A DNA stretch of 64,000 nucleotides from Candidatus Cloacimonadales bacterium (lineage in GTDB: Bacteria; Cloacimonadota; Cloacimonadia; Cloacimonadales; JAIOQZ01). Both the position numbers and the translations under genes were made by a program. Position 1 is the first letter of the stretch, and every line of letters begins with the position of its first letter. The notes beneath the pieces are model-generated. The model did no database searches, was not told where the DNA came from, and saw only the letters and a program-made list of their open reading frames with translations. The stretch lies in the NCBI GenBank assembly GCA_963662655.2, contig CAXXTU010000002.1, positions 2,720,001 to 2,784,000 on the forward strand, written 5' to 3'. Shown here in pieces: positions 47,862 through 58,654 of the stretch.

Positions 47862-49076
47862 ATGAAGTATTACACCATACTGCTGATCGCAGTTGTTCTC
47901 CTGAGTGTCGCTTGTACAGATGAAGATAACAGAACAGGTGTCGATGGGAACATCCTGAATTCCGAAGAGGTGATCGTTCCCGGTTCCAGTATTACAAACG
48001 TTTGGAACTACCGGGATACCGTGCAGACTTATGACGGATCCACGGTTTTCACGGTTGGTAATTTCCAGAATACAACCCTGATGTCGCTTCTTCGATGGAG
48101 CAGCTTTCCGTCGGACGCTACCGCGCTCAGCGCAACCATGTATCTGGTTCCGAGCGACGACCATCTTCCTGACAGCATTACCGTGCAGGTTGGTGTGATC
48201 GACGAAAACTGGGAAGAGGATTCCGTGACCTGGACGAACGTCGATGACGAAGGCGAGTGGGAGAATACAGAGCACGTTTACGAACCCATCACCAGTTTCA
48301 CTTACCGGGAAGAGGTAGATACGCTCACTGTGGAGATTCCGCTGGATCTGATTCAGAGCTGGCTGGACAATGTTGGTGAAGACGAAACCAACAACTTCGG
48401 TATCATTCTGTTCTCCGATACACCGGATCAGGTGATCGAAATCTTCACGCTGGAGACCAGTTATGCCCCACTCCTCGAGATCGAATATCTCTCGGATGGC
48501 GATACCCTGACCTATTCCAAGGACGCCGTGGACGATGCGACGATCTACCATAATCCGGATGAAGATGCGACGCTCGGTCTGGTTTCGGATGGCTTTGTGA
48601 TCTCCAATATCTATCCCTACAGAAGCGTTGTCGAGCTCGAATTCGATCTGGAATCGTTCAACGCGCTGCTGACGCAACAGGGGTATGCGGAAATGAACGA
48701 GTACGATTACCGTCATTCCACCATTAACCGTGCCGAGCTGGTGTTCCAGATCGATACCGCCAATTCGTACTTCATGGACGATACCTTCTCCGCTAGAGCC
48801 TACATGATGCTTACGGACGAGCCTTCCGTGCCATTGATCTACACGGACGACTATCTGTTCTATTCAGGAACGGACGTGAGCTATTACGATAGCGATAGCC
48901 AGACCATCCGCGTGGACGTGTCGCCGATCTTGCAGGCCATTATGGCCGGTGAAGCGGACAACTACGGATTTGTCATCCGATCCATCGAGGAAGATCGCGA
49001 TCTGGGACGGATTTTCATGACTTCGAATCCAACACTCGACATCCTTTTCACCAGACCCTTTGTAGAGGAATTCTGA
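47862..49076 (+). CDS. Acidic lipoprotein of unknown function
   Basis: Lipobox LSVAC; WEEDSVTWTN motif reminiscent of DNRLRE-type domains. Confidence 0.7.
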   Translation: MKYYTILLIAVVLLSVACTDEDNRTGVDGNILNSEEVIVPGSSITNVWNYRDTVQTYDGSTVFTVGNFQNTTLMSLLRWSSFPSDATALSATMYLVPSDDHLPDSITVQVGVIDENWEEDSVTWTNVDDEGEWENTEHVYEPITSFTYREEVDTLTVEIPLDLIQSWLDNVGEDETNNFGIILFSDTPDQVIEIFTLETSYAPLLEIEYLSDGDTLTYSKDAVDDATIYHNPDEDATLGLVSDGFVISNIYPYRSVVELEFDLESFNALLTQQGYAEMNEYDYRHSTINRAELVFQIDTANSYFMDDTFSARAYMMLTDEPSVPLIYTDDYLFYSGTDVSYYDSDSQTIRVDVSPILQAIMAGEADNYGFVIRSIEEDRDLGRIFMTSNPTLDILFTRPFVEEF

Positions 49077-49077
49077 T

Positions 49078-49881
49078 ATGAAAAACATTCTTGTCATCGC
49101 ACTGGTGGCGATCGCGTTCCTTGTGGCGTGCGACGAAAAAGAAACCAAGCCGGAGGGAAACATCATTGCCCAGGTGAACGATGCGTATCTCATGCTCGAG
49201 GACCTTCAGTCCCAATACTCGCTCGACGAGTGGAGCTCGATGACCACTGACGAGAAACGCGAATTGGTAAACCAGTGGAAACGCCTTACCCTGCTGAGCC
49301 AGGCTGCCGAGTCCATGGGCCTCGATCAAAAGCCGGCCCTGCGCACGAAGATCGACAACGCCCGCATGAAGGTGCTGGCGAATGCAGTTCTCGCGCTTAA
49401 GATAAGGAACATTGATATTCCTGAAGAAGAGGCGTTTGAGTATTACAAGCAAAATTACCTCTCTGAGGAGACGGAGCTGAAGATACAGCGTATATTCGTG
49501 TCCACGCGAGAAAAGCTTCAGGAAGCACAAAATGCGATTCGTGGAGGCATGAAATTCACCGAGGCGGCACAAACCTATTCGGAAGAGGCAATCGGAAAGA
49601 GTGGGGGATGGGCCGGATTCAAGAGCAAGAAGGATCTGGGTGATCGGATATGGAGCGAGCTGATCAAACGAAATCCATGGGAATACGCGGTGGTTCAGGT
49701 CGATGACGGATATCTGATGATCCTGCATTACCGCAGCCGGAAAGTACCGACCCAGGCGGCTGATTTCGACGACGTGAAGTCGGAAATCGAGGAAAAGCTG
49801 CGCGTCGATAAGCTCAAGGGTGAAACGGATGACTTGATCCGCCAGCTCGAAAAAGAAGCGAATATTGAAATCAATGTGTAA
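49078..49881 (+). CDS. Parvulin-type PPIase lipoprotein (PrsA-like)
   Basis: Lipobox LVAC; IAQVND and FTEAAQTYSE...GG motifs. Confidence 0.8.
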   Translation: MKNILVIALVAIAFLVACDEKETKPEGNIIAQVNDAYLMLEDLQSQYSLDEWSSMTTDEKRELVNQWKRLTLLSQAAESMGLDQKPALRTKIDNARMKVLANAVLALKIRNIDIPEEEAFEYYKQNYLSEETELKIQRIFVSTREKLQEAQNAIRGGMKFTEAAQTYSEEAIGKSGGWAGFKSKKDLGDRIWSELIKRNPWEYAVVQVDDGYLMILHYRSRKVPTQAADFDDVKSEIEEKLRVDKLKGETDDLIRQLEKEANIEINV

Positions 49882-49894
49882 GAGGAAGCCATAC

Positions 49895-51160
49895 ATGAAG
49901 AAAATCGTATTGGTCGCTGTCTTGATTACAATGGCGATAAGCATGATCACTGCGGAAGTGTTGGATCGTATCGTAGCGAAGATAGGGCGGGAAGTTATTT
50001 TAGAAAGCGAGCTTCATACGCAGATCATGCAAATGCAGAGCATGCAGATGATGCCACCGGATATGACTGAAATGGATGTTCTGGATCAGATGATCGAATC
50101 GAGATTGATTATCCAGAAAGCGAAAGAAGAAGATTATCAGGTGGATGATCAGAAAATAAAATTGCAGGCCGAAAAAGAGATTAAGCAGATCGAGAAGCAG
50201 TTTCCATCGCGCGAAGCCATGGAACGTGAGATGCAAAAAGCCGGCCTGACATATTACGACCTTAAAAAGGTCTATCAGGATCGAATCCGCGAAGAGCAGC
50301 TCAAACAGCAGATTTTCCAGAACGAAATCAAGAGCAAGGTAACCGTTACCGAAGCTGAAGTAGAAGAGTACTACGAAGAGAATAAAGATGAAATCCCGCT
50401 GCGTCCGGAAAAAGACCAGATCGGCATGATCATGCGGACGATGGATGCAAGCGAGGAGACTCGTGAGACAGCGCTTCGCGAGATCAGCGAAATCCTTGAT
50501 GAACTGCGCGAAGGCGCTGACTTCGCAACGCTCGCGAAGAATCGCAGCGATTGCCCCAGCAAGAAGAATGGGGGAGACCTCGGTTTCTTTGGTCCCGGGC
50601 AGATGGTACACGAGTTCGAAAAGGCAGCCTATGCGCTTCAGCCAGGGCAGATCAGCGATGTTGTGAAGACGCAGTTCGGCTATCACATCATCAAGGTTGA
50701 AGAGCGGGACGGAGAAAACATCAGGGCGCGCCATATCCTCAAGCAGGTGGTAGCTTCGGACGAAGACGTTCAAGCTGAAATCATGTTGATGGAAAACGTT
50801 CTGGAACGCCTAAGAGCCGGCGAGGATTTCTACGAATTGGCCAAGACCTATTCGGAAGACGATTCGACAGCGGTTCGCGGCGGCGTGATGGGCGAGTATA
50901 CACCGGAGGAATATCCGGAGATGTTCAAGGAGCAATTGAACGCTCTCGATTATGGCGAATATACCGATGTGATCAGGCAGGATGAGCTCCTGTACATTTT
51001 CGGCAAGCTCCAGAAGATTCCGGAACGCCCATACGAATATACAGAGGTTCAGGAGCGGCTTCGCGGCTATGTGGAGAATCAGAAGCAAATCGAGATTTAC
51101 GAGGATCTCATACGTCAGCTCAAGAAAGACAAGTATGTCGAAGTCTACTTGAGCGAGTAG
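49895..51160 (+). CDS. surA: SurA-like periplasmic chaperone/PPIase
   Basis: LDRIVAKIG N-domain; two parvulin domains (SKKNGGDLGFF, KTQFGYHIIK). Confidence 0.85.
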   Translation: MKKIVLVAVLITMAISMITAEVLDRIVAKIGREVILESELHTQIMQMQSMQMMPPDMTEMDVLDQMIESRLIIQKAKEEDYQVDDQKIKLQAEKEIKQIEKQFPSREAMEREMQKAGLTYYDLKKVYQDRIREEQLKQQIFQNEIKSKVTVTEAEVEEYYEENKDEIPLRPEKDQIGMIMRTMDASEETRETALREISEILDELREGADFATLAKNRSDCPSKKNGGDLGFFGPGQMVHEFEKAAYALQPGQISDVVKTQFGYHIIKVEERDGENIRARHILKQVVASDEDVQAEIMLMENVLERLRAGEDFYELAKTYSEDDSTAVRGGVMGEYTPEEYPEMFKEQLNALDYGEYTDVIRQDELLYIFGKLQKIPERPYEYTEVQERLRGYVENQKQIEIYEDLIRQLKKDKYVEVYLSE

Positions 51161-51220
51161 AGTGATCAATCAAATTCGTTTTCGAAAGCTTGAAATAAAA
51201 TTTTTGTGGAGGTACTGAAG

Positions 51221-51682
51221 ATGAGAAGGATATCCGTTTTCTTCAGTACCTTTTTCTATACCGGCTTCTTCCCACTCGCGCCCGGTACGTTTGCAAGCAT
51301 TCTTTCGGCAGCGATTTTCCTGATACTATCCTCGAGATTCATCGGGGCAGGGCAGGCTATCATGTGGTGTATCGCGATTGGAACCACCCTGGCGAGCGTG
51401 ATTTTCAGCGATTTCGCGGAACGCGAACTCGGTCACGACGACGGCCGTATCGTGATTGACGAGGTTTGCGGTTACTTCATCGCCATCCTCATGCTTCCTC
51501 AGACAATTCTCACTGGCATCCTCGCACTTGTTCTATTCAGGATTTTCGATATTCTGAAACCGTTTCCGATCAATCAACTGCAAAAACTATCCGGTGGACT
51601 CGGCATTACGGCGGATGACATGATGGCCGGAGTTGTGAGCAATATCATTCTTCAGCTCCTCTATCACTTCGTATTGAAATAG
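51221..51682 (+). CDS. pgpA: Phosphatidylglycerophosphatase A
   Basis: APGTFAS, IVIDEVCG, FRIFDILKPFPI and GITADD motifs. Confidence 0.92.
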   Translation: MRRISVFFSTFFYTGFFPLAPGTFASILSAAIFLILSSRFIGAGQAIMWCIAIGTTLASVIFSDFAERELGHDDGRIVIDEVCGYFIAILMLPQTILTGILALVLFRIFDILKPFPINQLQKLSGGLGITADDMMAGVVSNIILQLLYHFVLK

Positions 51683-52131
51683 TCCGAACCGATTGGATTA
51701 CACAGTAGCGCCTGCGGGTTTATCTGTAACGAATGTAGAATTTTCAAAATGAGTGTGAAGGCGACACGCAATCCAAGGTAAAGTATGTTGGCTTCACGAG
51801 GTGAATCTCCGAGTATGCGAATTTTCTAAATGCTGTGTGATGGAGAGAGGATTGCAACATTGTGGAGAATGCAGCGAGATTCCGTGAGAAAAATTCTGGA
51901 AGAACAAGAATCCCAGGTGTTCCGAAGAGGAGCATCGAAAAATCGTGCAGGAAAGAGTTGCGCTACTCAGCAATATAAAAATACACTAATAAAAACCAAT
52001 TTAGGCAGAACTCACGAGATAAACACTCAATGAATGTAAAAATTATATTGGTATAAAACAAAACGATAATAAATTAGAAAACAGTAATTATAGAAAAGAC
52101 AACTGTTGCCACCGTCTCAGGACAAAAAATA

Positions 52132-52160
52132 ATCGCGATAGAAGAGCGTTCTATCGCGAT
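52132..52160 (-). terminator. Terminator of the minus-strand operon
   Basis: ATCGCGATAGAA-GAGCG-TTCTATCGCGAT 12-bp stem, followed by a T-tract on the minus strand. Confidence 0.75.
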
Positions 52161-52199
52161 ATGTAAAATGATACTGCTCGCGCCGAGATCGCGCGAAAT

Positions 52200-53249
52200 C
52201 TACAGGTATTTGGACGTACCCCGTTTCTCCAGTAGCTGCTGGATTTCCTTAACCTTCTCCGCGGAATCCTTTTTCGAGATGAGAATCGTGTCGTCGGTTT
52301 CAACAATCACGAGATTCTCCAGGTCGATGGTAGCTATAAGTCTTTTGGATCGAACATAGCAATTTTTCGTATTCAGCGAGATGACTTCCCCGGACTCCAC
52401 ATTTCCATCGTCGTCTTTTTTCAGGAGATCGTAGAGCGCTCTCCAGCTTCCGACATCGCTCCACCCGTAGGAAACGGGAATAACGATTCGTTTGTGGGCT
52501 TGCTCCATGATACCGATATCCACCGGGATCTTCGGCATGGTTTCGTAAATGTCTGAGATACCGCTTTGGCTTTTGGACCAGCGGCTTTGAATCTGAATAA
52601 GAAGCTCCTCGAGGCGGGGGAGGAGTCGCTGGAAATGTTCGCGGATGGTATCGATACGCCAGGCGAACATGCCGCTGTTCCAAAGGTAGTTGCCTGATTC
52701 CAGGAATTCGACGGCGGTGTCGTGATCCGGTTTTTCTTTGAATTGTTTCACGTGAAACATATTCTCACGCCACGTTTCACCCTTCTCGATGTATCCATAT
52801 CCTGTGGCTGGATACTCCGGTTCGATGCCGAACGTCACCAGGTTTTCTTGTTTCGCCGCAACCTCGGCAAGCTTGAGGCTGTTAAGGAAAGCTTCTTCGT
52901 CGCGAATAAAGTGATCCGCCGGAAGCACGGTCATCACTTCGTCTGATGGATATTTACCCGCAAGATACAGCGCGCTCAGGCCGATGCATGGTGCGGTGTT
53001 TCTTCCGAATGGCTCGATGATGATGTTCTCGACGGGCATCTCTGGAAGGTGTGTCGAGACGAGCTCTTTCTGATCGTCGGATGTGACGACGTAGATGTCT
53101 TTCCAGTCGATGAGGGGAAGGAGTCTCTCTGCCGTGAGCCGGATCATCGATTTGTCGCTAAAGATGTTCAAGTACTGTTTGGGATTGCTTTTTCTGCTGA
53201 GCGGCCAGAAGCGGGAACCGATTCCACCGGCCATAATGAGAGCGATCAT
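52200..53249 (-). CDS. manC: Mannose-1-phosphate guanylyltransferase
   Basis: MAGGIGSRFWPLSR, RNTAPC, TGYGYIE, FKEKPD, WNSGMF and GWSDVGSW motifs. Confidence 0.93.
   Translation of the reverse strand: MIALIMAGGIGSRFWPLSRKSNPKQYLNIFSDKSMIRLTAERLLPLIDWKDIYVVTSDDQKELVSTHLPEMPVENIIIEPFGRNTAPCIGLSALYLAGKYPSDEVMTVLPADHFIRDEEAFLNSLKLAEVAAKQENLVTFGIEPEYPATGYGYIEKGETWRENMFHVKQFKEKPDHDTAVEFLESGNYLWNSGMFAWRIDTIREHFQRLLPRLEELLIQIQSRWSKSQSGISDIYETMPKIPVDIGIMEQAHKRIVIPVSYGWSDVGSWRALYDLLKKDDDGNVESGEVISLNTKNCYVRSKRLIATIDLENLVIVETDDTILISKKDSAEKVKEIQQLLEKRGTSKYL
52744..52759. other. parS: parS site (perfect palindrome)
   Basis: TGTTTCACGTGAAACA. Confidence 0.9.
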
Positions 53250-53261
53250 GAAATGTACCTC

Positions 53262-53891
53262 CTACAGTCTCTGATCGATAAGGGATGCTCCGATTGGTAT
53301 TTTCCATTCGAAAACGGAGGGATCGATCGGCTGATCGAATAATGTGGTCTCGAATGTGTAGCGAACCGTGTTACCTTCAAGATCAGTATAATATATAAAA
53401 GTGATTAGCGTATTGCGCAAGTCGATCTCGACGCGGATCGATTTGTATTCCATTCCGTCAGAAGGCTCGATGCTGATCATGGCGTAATTTTCGGTATTGG
53501 AAAGGATCGTTGTCGTGGCGTTGTCACCAGCGTAGTAGGACAAGATTTGATCAGGTCTTATACCGGCGTCGCTCGTTTGCGGATAGGAAACGATCGCTTG
53601 AAGGGATGTTGAATCGTAAACGAGCATGGAGTCCGCTGTTACAAGAAGGAATTGCCCCTGCGGTTCATCGTATTGTATCGCGAAATTGGATTGATCGAAA
53701 TACATTGTTCCACGTGAAACCTTTTCGACATCCAGCTCGGGCCAAGCATTCTCCTGGGTGAATTCCGCTTTGAATGTATGAACGCCATCGTATCTTGCGG
53801 TGACGCGATCAATGAGCTGTTGCGCGGTTTGGGCATGAAGCGCGGAAAACGCGATGAATATTATCAGAAGATAGCTACATAATGTTTTCAA
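53262..53891 (-). CDS. lolA: Outer-membrane lipoprotein carrier, LolA-like
   Basis: Signal peptide; FKAEFTQ, Y..P.GQ and F...IP.GA patterns; follows ftsK; TTG start inferred. Confidence 0.75.
   Translation of the reverse strand: MKTLCSYLLIIFIAFSALHAQTAQQLIDRVTARYDGVHTFKAEFTQENAWPELDVEKVSRGTMYFDQSNFAIQYDEPQGQFLLVTADSMLVYDSTSLQAIVSYPQTSDAGIRPDQILSYYAGDNATTTILSNTENYAMISIEPSDGMEYKSIRVEIDLRNTLITFIYYTDLEGNTVRYTFETTLFDQPIDPSVFEWKIPIGASLIDQRL
53706..53721. other. parS: parS site
   Basis: TGTTCCACGTGAAACC. Confidence 0.8.
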
Positions 53892-56196
53892 TTTCGTCCT
53901 CCGTCGCAAGAACCTCACGAGATTTGCTTCCCACATGCGGACCAATAACACCTGCCTGCTCCAAGAGGTCTATAAGACGTCCAGCGCGCGCATAGCCTAT
54001 CTTGAAGTGACGTTGAAGCATGGAAACAGAAGCGGTTCCCGCTGAGATAACCGCACGCGCGGCATCGGGGAAAAGCTCGTCATCGTAGTCGAACGACCCG
54101 ATATCCGCTGAGTGCTCTTCGATCATCTCGATCTGGTAATCGGGCTTAGGCATGCGCTTGAGGTAATCCACCAGGTTCTCGATCTCTCCGTCGGACATGA
54201 ATGCTCCGTGGATACGCTCGCAGATCGCTTTTCCCGGTGGCAGGAAGAGCATGTCGCCGCGCCCGAGAAGGCGTTCCGCGCCGTTCATATCGATGATAAC
54301 GCGTGAATCGACCTTGGACGATACCTTGAAAGCGATACGGGCCGGGAAGTTCGCCTTGATGATACCGGTAATGACCTTTGTGGAAGGTCTCTGCGTCGCG
54401 AGGATGAGATGGATTCCTATTGCTCGAGCCATCTGCGCGAGGCGCGCGATCGGTTGCTCGATGTCGCGTCCGGCGGTCATGATGAGGTCGGCGAACTCGT
54501 CCACGATGATGAGGATGTAGGGAAGTTCCCGGTCCTCCAGCTCATCGCCTGAGGCTTGCATGTTCTTGATTTTATCGTTATATCCGCCAATGTCACGCAC
54601 TTTGTATTTCTGCAAGAGTTCATAACGTCTTTCCATCTCGGAGACGCCCCAGTTGAGCGCGATCAGCGCATCGTCGGGATCGGTAACGACGTTCTGGATG
54701 AGATGTGGGATACCTTCGTATCCGGAAAGCTCGATGCGCTTTGGATCGATCATGACCATGCGCACCTGATCAGGGGTGAGATGCAGAAGTATGCTGTTGA
54801 TCATGGTGTTAACGCAAACGCTCTTACCGGCGCCGGTCGCACCGGCGATGAGAAGATGCGGCATTTTCGTCATATCGGTTATAACCGGATTTCCAGAGAT
54901 GTCCTTACCAAGTCCGAGCGGAAGGATGTAATTACCTTTCTTCATCTCGTCAGAGAGAAGAACGTCTTTGAGGTATATCGTGTCACGTTTAACATTGGGA
55001 ATCTCGATTCCGATCAGGCCCCTTCCCGGGATCGGCGCTTGAATGCGGATACTCTTCGCCTTGATGGCAAGCGCGAGGTCGTCGGTAAGGGATAGGAATC
55101 GGCTTACCTTGACGCCCGGAGCCGGCTTGAGCTCGTACTGGGTGATGATCGGTCCGATATTTACGTTGATCACCTGCGCTTCAATGCCGAACTCTGCGAG
55201 CTTGTCCTTGAGTATCTGGCTGGTATTGCGAATCTCTTCTTCGGTCTCCTCGCGATCCCGGCGGGTGGTTCGTTCGGGGTTTTCGAGGAATTTATCGATG
55301 TCCGGAACGATGTAATGATCGAATTCCGGCTCAATTTCTTCTGTAACTTTTTTCACTTTGCGTTTCACAGGCTTCACATCACCACTGGGAAGCTCTTCAG
55401 GTTCTTCTTCGGGGATGTAGGCGTGATCGAATATCTGAAGCTCTTCTTCATCCCGGAAAGCCGGTGCGGGAAGCCTTGGTTCATCATCAACCTTCTGCTT
55501 CTTCTCTTCCTTGATCTTCACCGGTTTCTCGGGTTTCATCCTGGGTTTCTTTTCACGTGAAACATTGCGTTTAAACAAACTGAAGAATCCCTTCACAACG
55601 ACGATGAATCCGCGTCCAATCGTGATAACAACCAGCTTGAAGAAGTCGATGCCCGTTACGATAAGCAGCGAAAAGAACGCGCCAAAAAGTGATATAACCA
55701 GCACGCCGGTATCCTTGAATACGCGTCGCAGAATCCGGAAGATGAATGCGGGTAGCGAAGAGGCGTTACTGGAATAGTATTCAGGGTAGCGAAGGATAAT
55801 CAGGTTGATGAACGAGAAGAGAATGAAGAGTCCGATAATACGAAGATTTACAAAATTGCGGTTCTCACGCAGGAAAATGTAGTTGATACAAACGATGAAA
55901 ACGCATGAAAAAAGAGCGATGGTTACCCACTTTCCAAGCGAGAACACGAACACGTATCCGACAAGCACGCCGAAAACTCCGATGCGATTGCTTACCTGCG
56001 GCAAACGCAGATGAACGATGTTCGAAAAGGTGACGCCGCTATCCTTGATGATACTCACGTCGTTCATCAAAACCTGCTGATCGCAGGCTGAAGCAAGAAG
56101 GATAAGCGCGCTGAGGATCATCAGAACGGCCGCGATTACAATGCCCCATACCTTGGGTGTGAAGCTCATGTCTTGCTGTCGGCTCGCTTTGGGCAT
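53875..56196 (-). CDS. ftsK: DNA translocase FtsK
   Basis: N-terminal TM helices; PHLLIAGATGAGKSV, DEFADL, LATQRPS and gamma-domain SVSMLQR...GYARAGR motifs. Confidence 0.96.
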   Translation of the reverse strand: MPKASRQQDMSFTPKVWGIVIAAVLMILSALILLASACDQQVLMNDVSIIKDSGVTFSNIVHLRLPQVSNRIGVFGVLVGYVFVFSLGKWVTIALFSCVFIVCINYIFLRENRNFVNLRIIGLFILFSFINLIILRYPEYYSSNASSLPAFIFRILRRVFKDTGVLVISLFGAFFSLLIVTGIDFFKLVVITIGRGFIVVVKGFFSLFKRNVSREKKPRMKPEKPVKIKEEKKQKVDDEPRLPAPAFRDEEELQIFDHAYIPEEEPEELPSGDVKPVKRKVKKVTEEIEPEFDHYIVPDIDKFLENPERTTRRDREETEEEIRNTSQILKDKLAEFGIEAQVINVNIGPIITQYELKPAPGVKVSRFLSLTDDLALAIKAKSIRIQAPIPGRGLIGIEIPNVKRDTIYLKDVLLSDEMKKGNYILPLGLGKDISGNPVITDMTKMPHLLIAGATGAGKSVCVNTMINSILLHLTPDQVRMVMIDPKRIELSGYEGIPHLIQNVVTDPDDALIALNWGVSEMERRYELLQKYKVRDIGGYNDKIKNMQASGDELEDRELPYILIIVDEFADLIMTAGRDIEQPIARLAQMARAIGIHLILATQRPSTKVITGIIKANFPARIAFKVSSKVDSRVIIDMNGAERLLGRGDMLFLPPGKAICERIHGAFMSDGEIENLVDYLKRMPKPDYQIEMIEEHSADIGSFDYDDELFPDAARAVISAGTASVSMLQRHFKIGYARAGRLIDLLEQAGVIGPHVGSKSREVLATEDEIENIM
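55549..55564. other. parS: parS site
   Basis: CTTTTCACGTGAAACA. Confidence 0.7.
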
Positions 56197-56210
56197 TTCT
56201 GCTCCTTGTG

Positions 56211-57290
56211 CTATACGTTGAATCGAATCATGAGGATATCGCCGTCCTTGACGATGTAATCTTTACCTTCGAGGCGGAAACGTCCGTTCTCCTTGATCGC
56301 CTTCTCGGAACCGAGCTCGATCAGGTCGTCGTACGTGAAACACTCCGCGCGAATGAATCCGCGTTCCAGGTCGGAATGGATTTTGCCGGCGGCTTCTTGC
56401 GCGCGAGTCCCGTGTGTGATTGTCCAGGCGTGGACTTCTGGCGATCCCGCAGTGAAAAAGCTGATGTAGCCAAGAAGATCGTACGAGTATTTCGTCAGGC
56501 GGTTACAGGCGGATTCGTCGATTCCAAGGTCCTGCATGAATATTTCTGCGTCTTCCTCGGGAAGGTTGGCAAGCTCCATCTCGAACTTGGCGCAAACTTC
56601 CACCGTCATTGCGGATGGAGAAAGCTTGTCGATCACTGCCTGGGATTTACCAAAGCGCTCCTCGTCGGAATTGAGGATGATCAGGAGCGGTTTGCGACTC
56701 AGGAACTGGAAGCCGCGAATCAATTTAGCTTCATCGGGCTCGAGCTCGACGTTGCGCAGGGGTATGTCTTCCTCGAGCTTCTCTTTCAAGGTCAGAAGCA
56801 GCTTGTGTTCGAGAATCTGCGTTGCCGATTTGATTCCACGCTTGAAGCCGAGTTCGAGCTTCTCGATACGGTTCTCGATCGTGATGAGATCGGAGATGAC
56901 CAGTTCCGCCTGAATGGCTTCGAAATCGCTAACCGGCTTGGGTTCGTCCTGCGCCTCGTCCACGCCCGGATCCTGGAAATTGCGTAGGACCAGCGCCAGA
57001 GCGTCCGCCGTCTTGATTTCGGCCATGGTGTTGGCGGAGAAGGTTCCCTGTTGGGCGGCGCCTTCGCTCATGCCGGCGAAGTCCATGTATTCGATCTGCG
57101 CGTAAACAGTCTTCTTCGGTTTGTACATCTCGGTAAGCTTGTCGATGCGTGGATCGATGACATTCACGATGCCAAGATGCGGTTCCGATTTCATGGAAGC
57201 GTAAGGGGTTACCTCGATTTGTGCACCGGTAAGCGCGTTGAAGAGGGATGTCTTTCCGGAGTTCGTCAGTCCGATGAGTCCTATTTTCAT
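56211..57290 (-). CDS. ychF: Redox-regulated ATPase YchF
   Basis: GLTNSGKTSLFNALT, AAGKIHSDLERGFIRAE and RLEGKDYIVKDGD motifs. Confidence 0.93.
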   Translation of the reverse strand: MKIGLIGLTNSGKTSLFNALTGAQIEVTPYASMKSEPHLGIVNVIDPRIDKLTEMYKPKKTVYAQIEYMDFAGMSEGAAQQGTFSANTMAEIKTADALALVLRNFQDPGVDEAQDEPKPVSDFEAIQAELVISDLITIENRIEKLELGFKRGIKSATQILEHKLLLTLKEKLEEDIPLRNVELEPDEAKLIRGFQFLSRKPLLIILNSDEERFGKSQAVIDKLSPSAMTVEVCAKFEMELANLPEEDAEIFMQDLGIDESACNRLTKYSYDLLGYISFFTAGSPEVHAWTITHGTRAQEAAGKIHSDLERGFIRAECFTYDDLIELGSEKAIKENGRFRLEGKDYIVKDGDILMIRFNV

Positions 57291-58021
57291 TTCTTCTTCC
57301 TTTCTGTTGATCGTGCAGTGAAACGAAGGGAACGGAGTTCGTTCGTTTCGAGGAATCTCCACATGCCTGTCGGGAGCTTGCCCAGTTTCACGCTTCCCAC
57401 CTGAAGCCGTTTGAGGGATACCACTTCTGAGCCGACCAGCTCGACCATCCGTCGAATCTGGCGGTTTCGTCCCTCGAAAATCGTCATTTTAAGCACGGTG
57501 TTGTCCGTTTTACCAGCTCGCACGAATACCTTGGCCGGCATCGTCATGGTTCCGTCGAGTTCAACGCCCTTGCGCAATCTCATGATCTGCTTGTCGTCCA
57601 GCGTCCCTTTGACGATCACCTTGTACGTCTTGGGTATCTTGTGAGTGGGGTGCTGGATCATCTGCGAGAACTCGCCGTCGTTGGACAGCAGTAGCAAACC
57701 TTCGGAATCGTAATCGAGCCTTCCGATGGGGAAGATGCGTCCCTTGAAATCGGGAAGCAGATCGAATACGGTACGGCGATTGAAGGGGTCGTCCGCAGTG
57801 ACCAGATAATGCTTCGGCTTGTTCAGGACAATGTAGAGTCGTTCGTCGTCTATAACGGCTTTCTTGCCACTCACGGTTACGGTGTCGTTGGCCGGATCGA
57901 TATCCGTTGAAAGCTCCATGCAGAGCTGTCCATTGACCTTTACGAGGCCCTCGGTTATCAGCTCTTCCGTCTTTCTGCGCGATCCGAATCCGCATTGCGA
58001 GAGGAATTTATTAATTCTCAT
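57287..58021 (-). CDS. rRNA pseudouridine synthase (RluB/RsuA family)
   Basis: S4 domain; GRLDYDSEGLL and EGRNRQIRRM motifs. Confidence 0.92.
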   Translation of the reverse strand: MRINKFLSQCGFGSRRKTEELITEGLVKVNGQLCMELSTDIDPANDTVTVSGKKAVIDDERLYIVLNKPKHYLVTADDPFNRRTVFDLLPDFKGRIFPIGRLDYDSEGLLLLSNDGEFSQMIQHPTHKIPKTYKVIVKGTLDDKQIMRLRKGVELDGTMTMPAKVFVRAGKTDNTVLKMTIFEGRNRQIRRMVELVGSEVVSLKRLQVGSVKLGKLPTGMWRFLETNELRSLRFTARSTERKKK

Positions 58022-58024
58022 ATT

Positions 58025-58531
58025 CTACCACGATTGAAATGTGTTCTCCAGGATTGTGTCGTAGAGGTCCTTGAAGACTTCCTTCTGAGCCTCTTCCTCG
58101 CTCTCCGGCTCGGTGGAAGCAGTGTCGTTGCTGGGCTGCGCGAGGTACGTCTCGCTCAGGAGCAGGGACTCTTTCTCCCAGAGGACTTCGTTCTTCACAA
58201 AGTCGGTAAGTTTCACGTTGAAAAGGATTTTTACGACGTATTCCTTAATGTTGTTATTGGTATCGTAAGTATAGATTACGTTTTCGTAATCAAGAATGGT
58301 TCCTTCGAGCTGGCAGTTGGGGGAAATTTCCACAACTTGCAATTCCCCGTCGCCCTGGAAGGAATCCGTGAGCTCCTCGAGCAAATCCTGCTCAAGGGAA
58401 TACTCGACGGTTTTATTTTCAAACGATTCGATCCTTATCGTCTTGAGATAGGGGTAAGCCGTTTGATAAACCGAATAGGTACACGCAGTTAATACGACTG
58501 CTACGATTAGGGTTATCCATGTATTTCTCAT
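58025..58531 (-). CDS. LptE-like lipoprotein
   Basis: Lipobox LTAC followed by YS; FENKT...LEG.I pattern. Confidence 0.7.
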   Translation of the reverse strand: MRNTWITLIVAVVLTACTYSVYQTAYPYLKTIRIESFENKTVEYSLEQDLLEELTDSFQGDGELQVVEISPNCQLEGTILDYENVIYTYDTNNNIKEYVVKILFNVKLTDFVKNEVLWEKESLLLSETYLAQPSNDTASTEPESEEEAQKEVFKDLYDTILENTFQSW

Positions 58532-58654
58532 GCAGTCCGTATAATTGTTAAGGTGCCGGTGTCAAGAAATTACTGTTCTGCTTGACAGATTTTGCTTGCT
58601 TGCTTCATATTTGATACATGATAATGCACGTGGTGCGATATACAGGAGGATTGC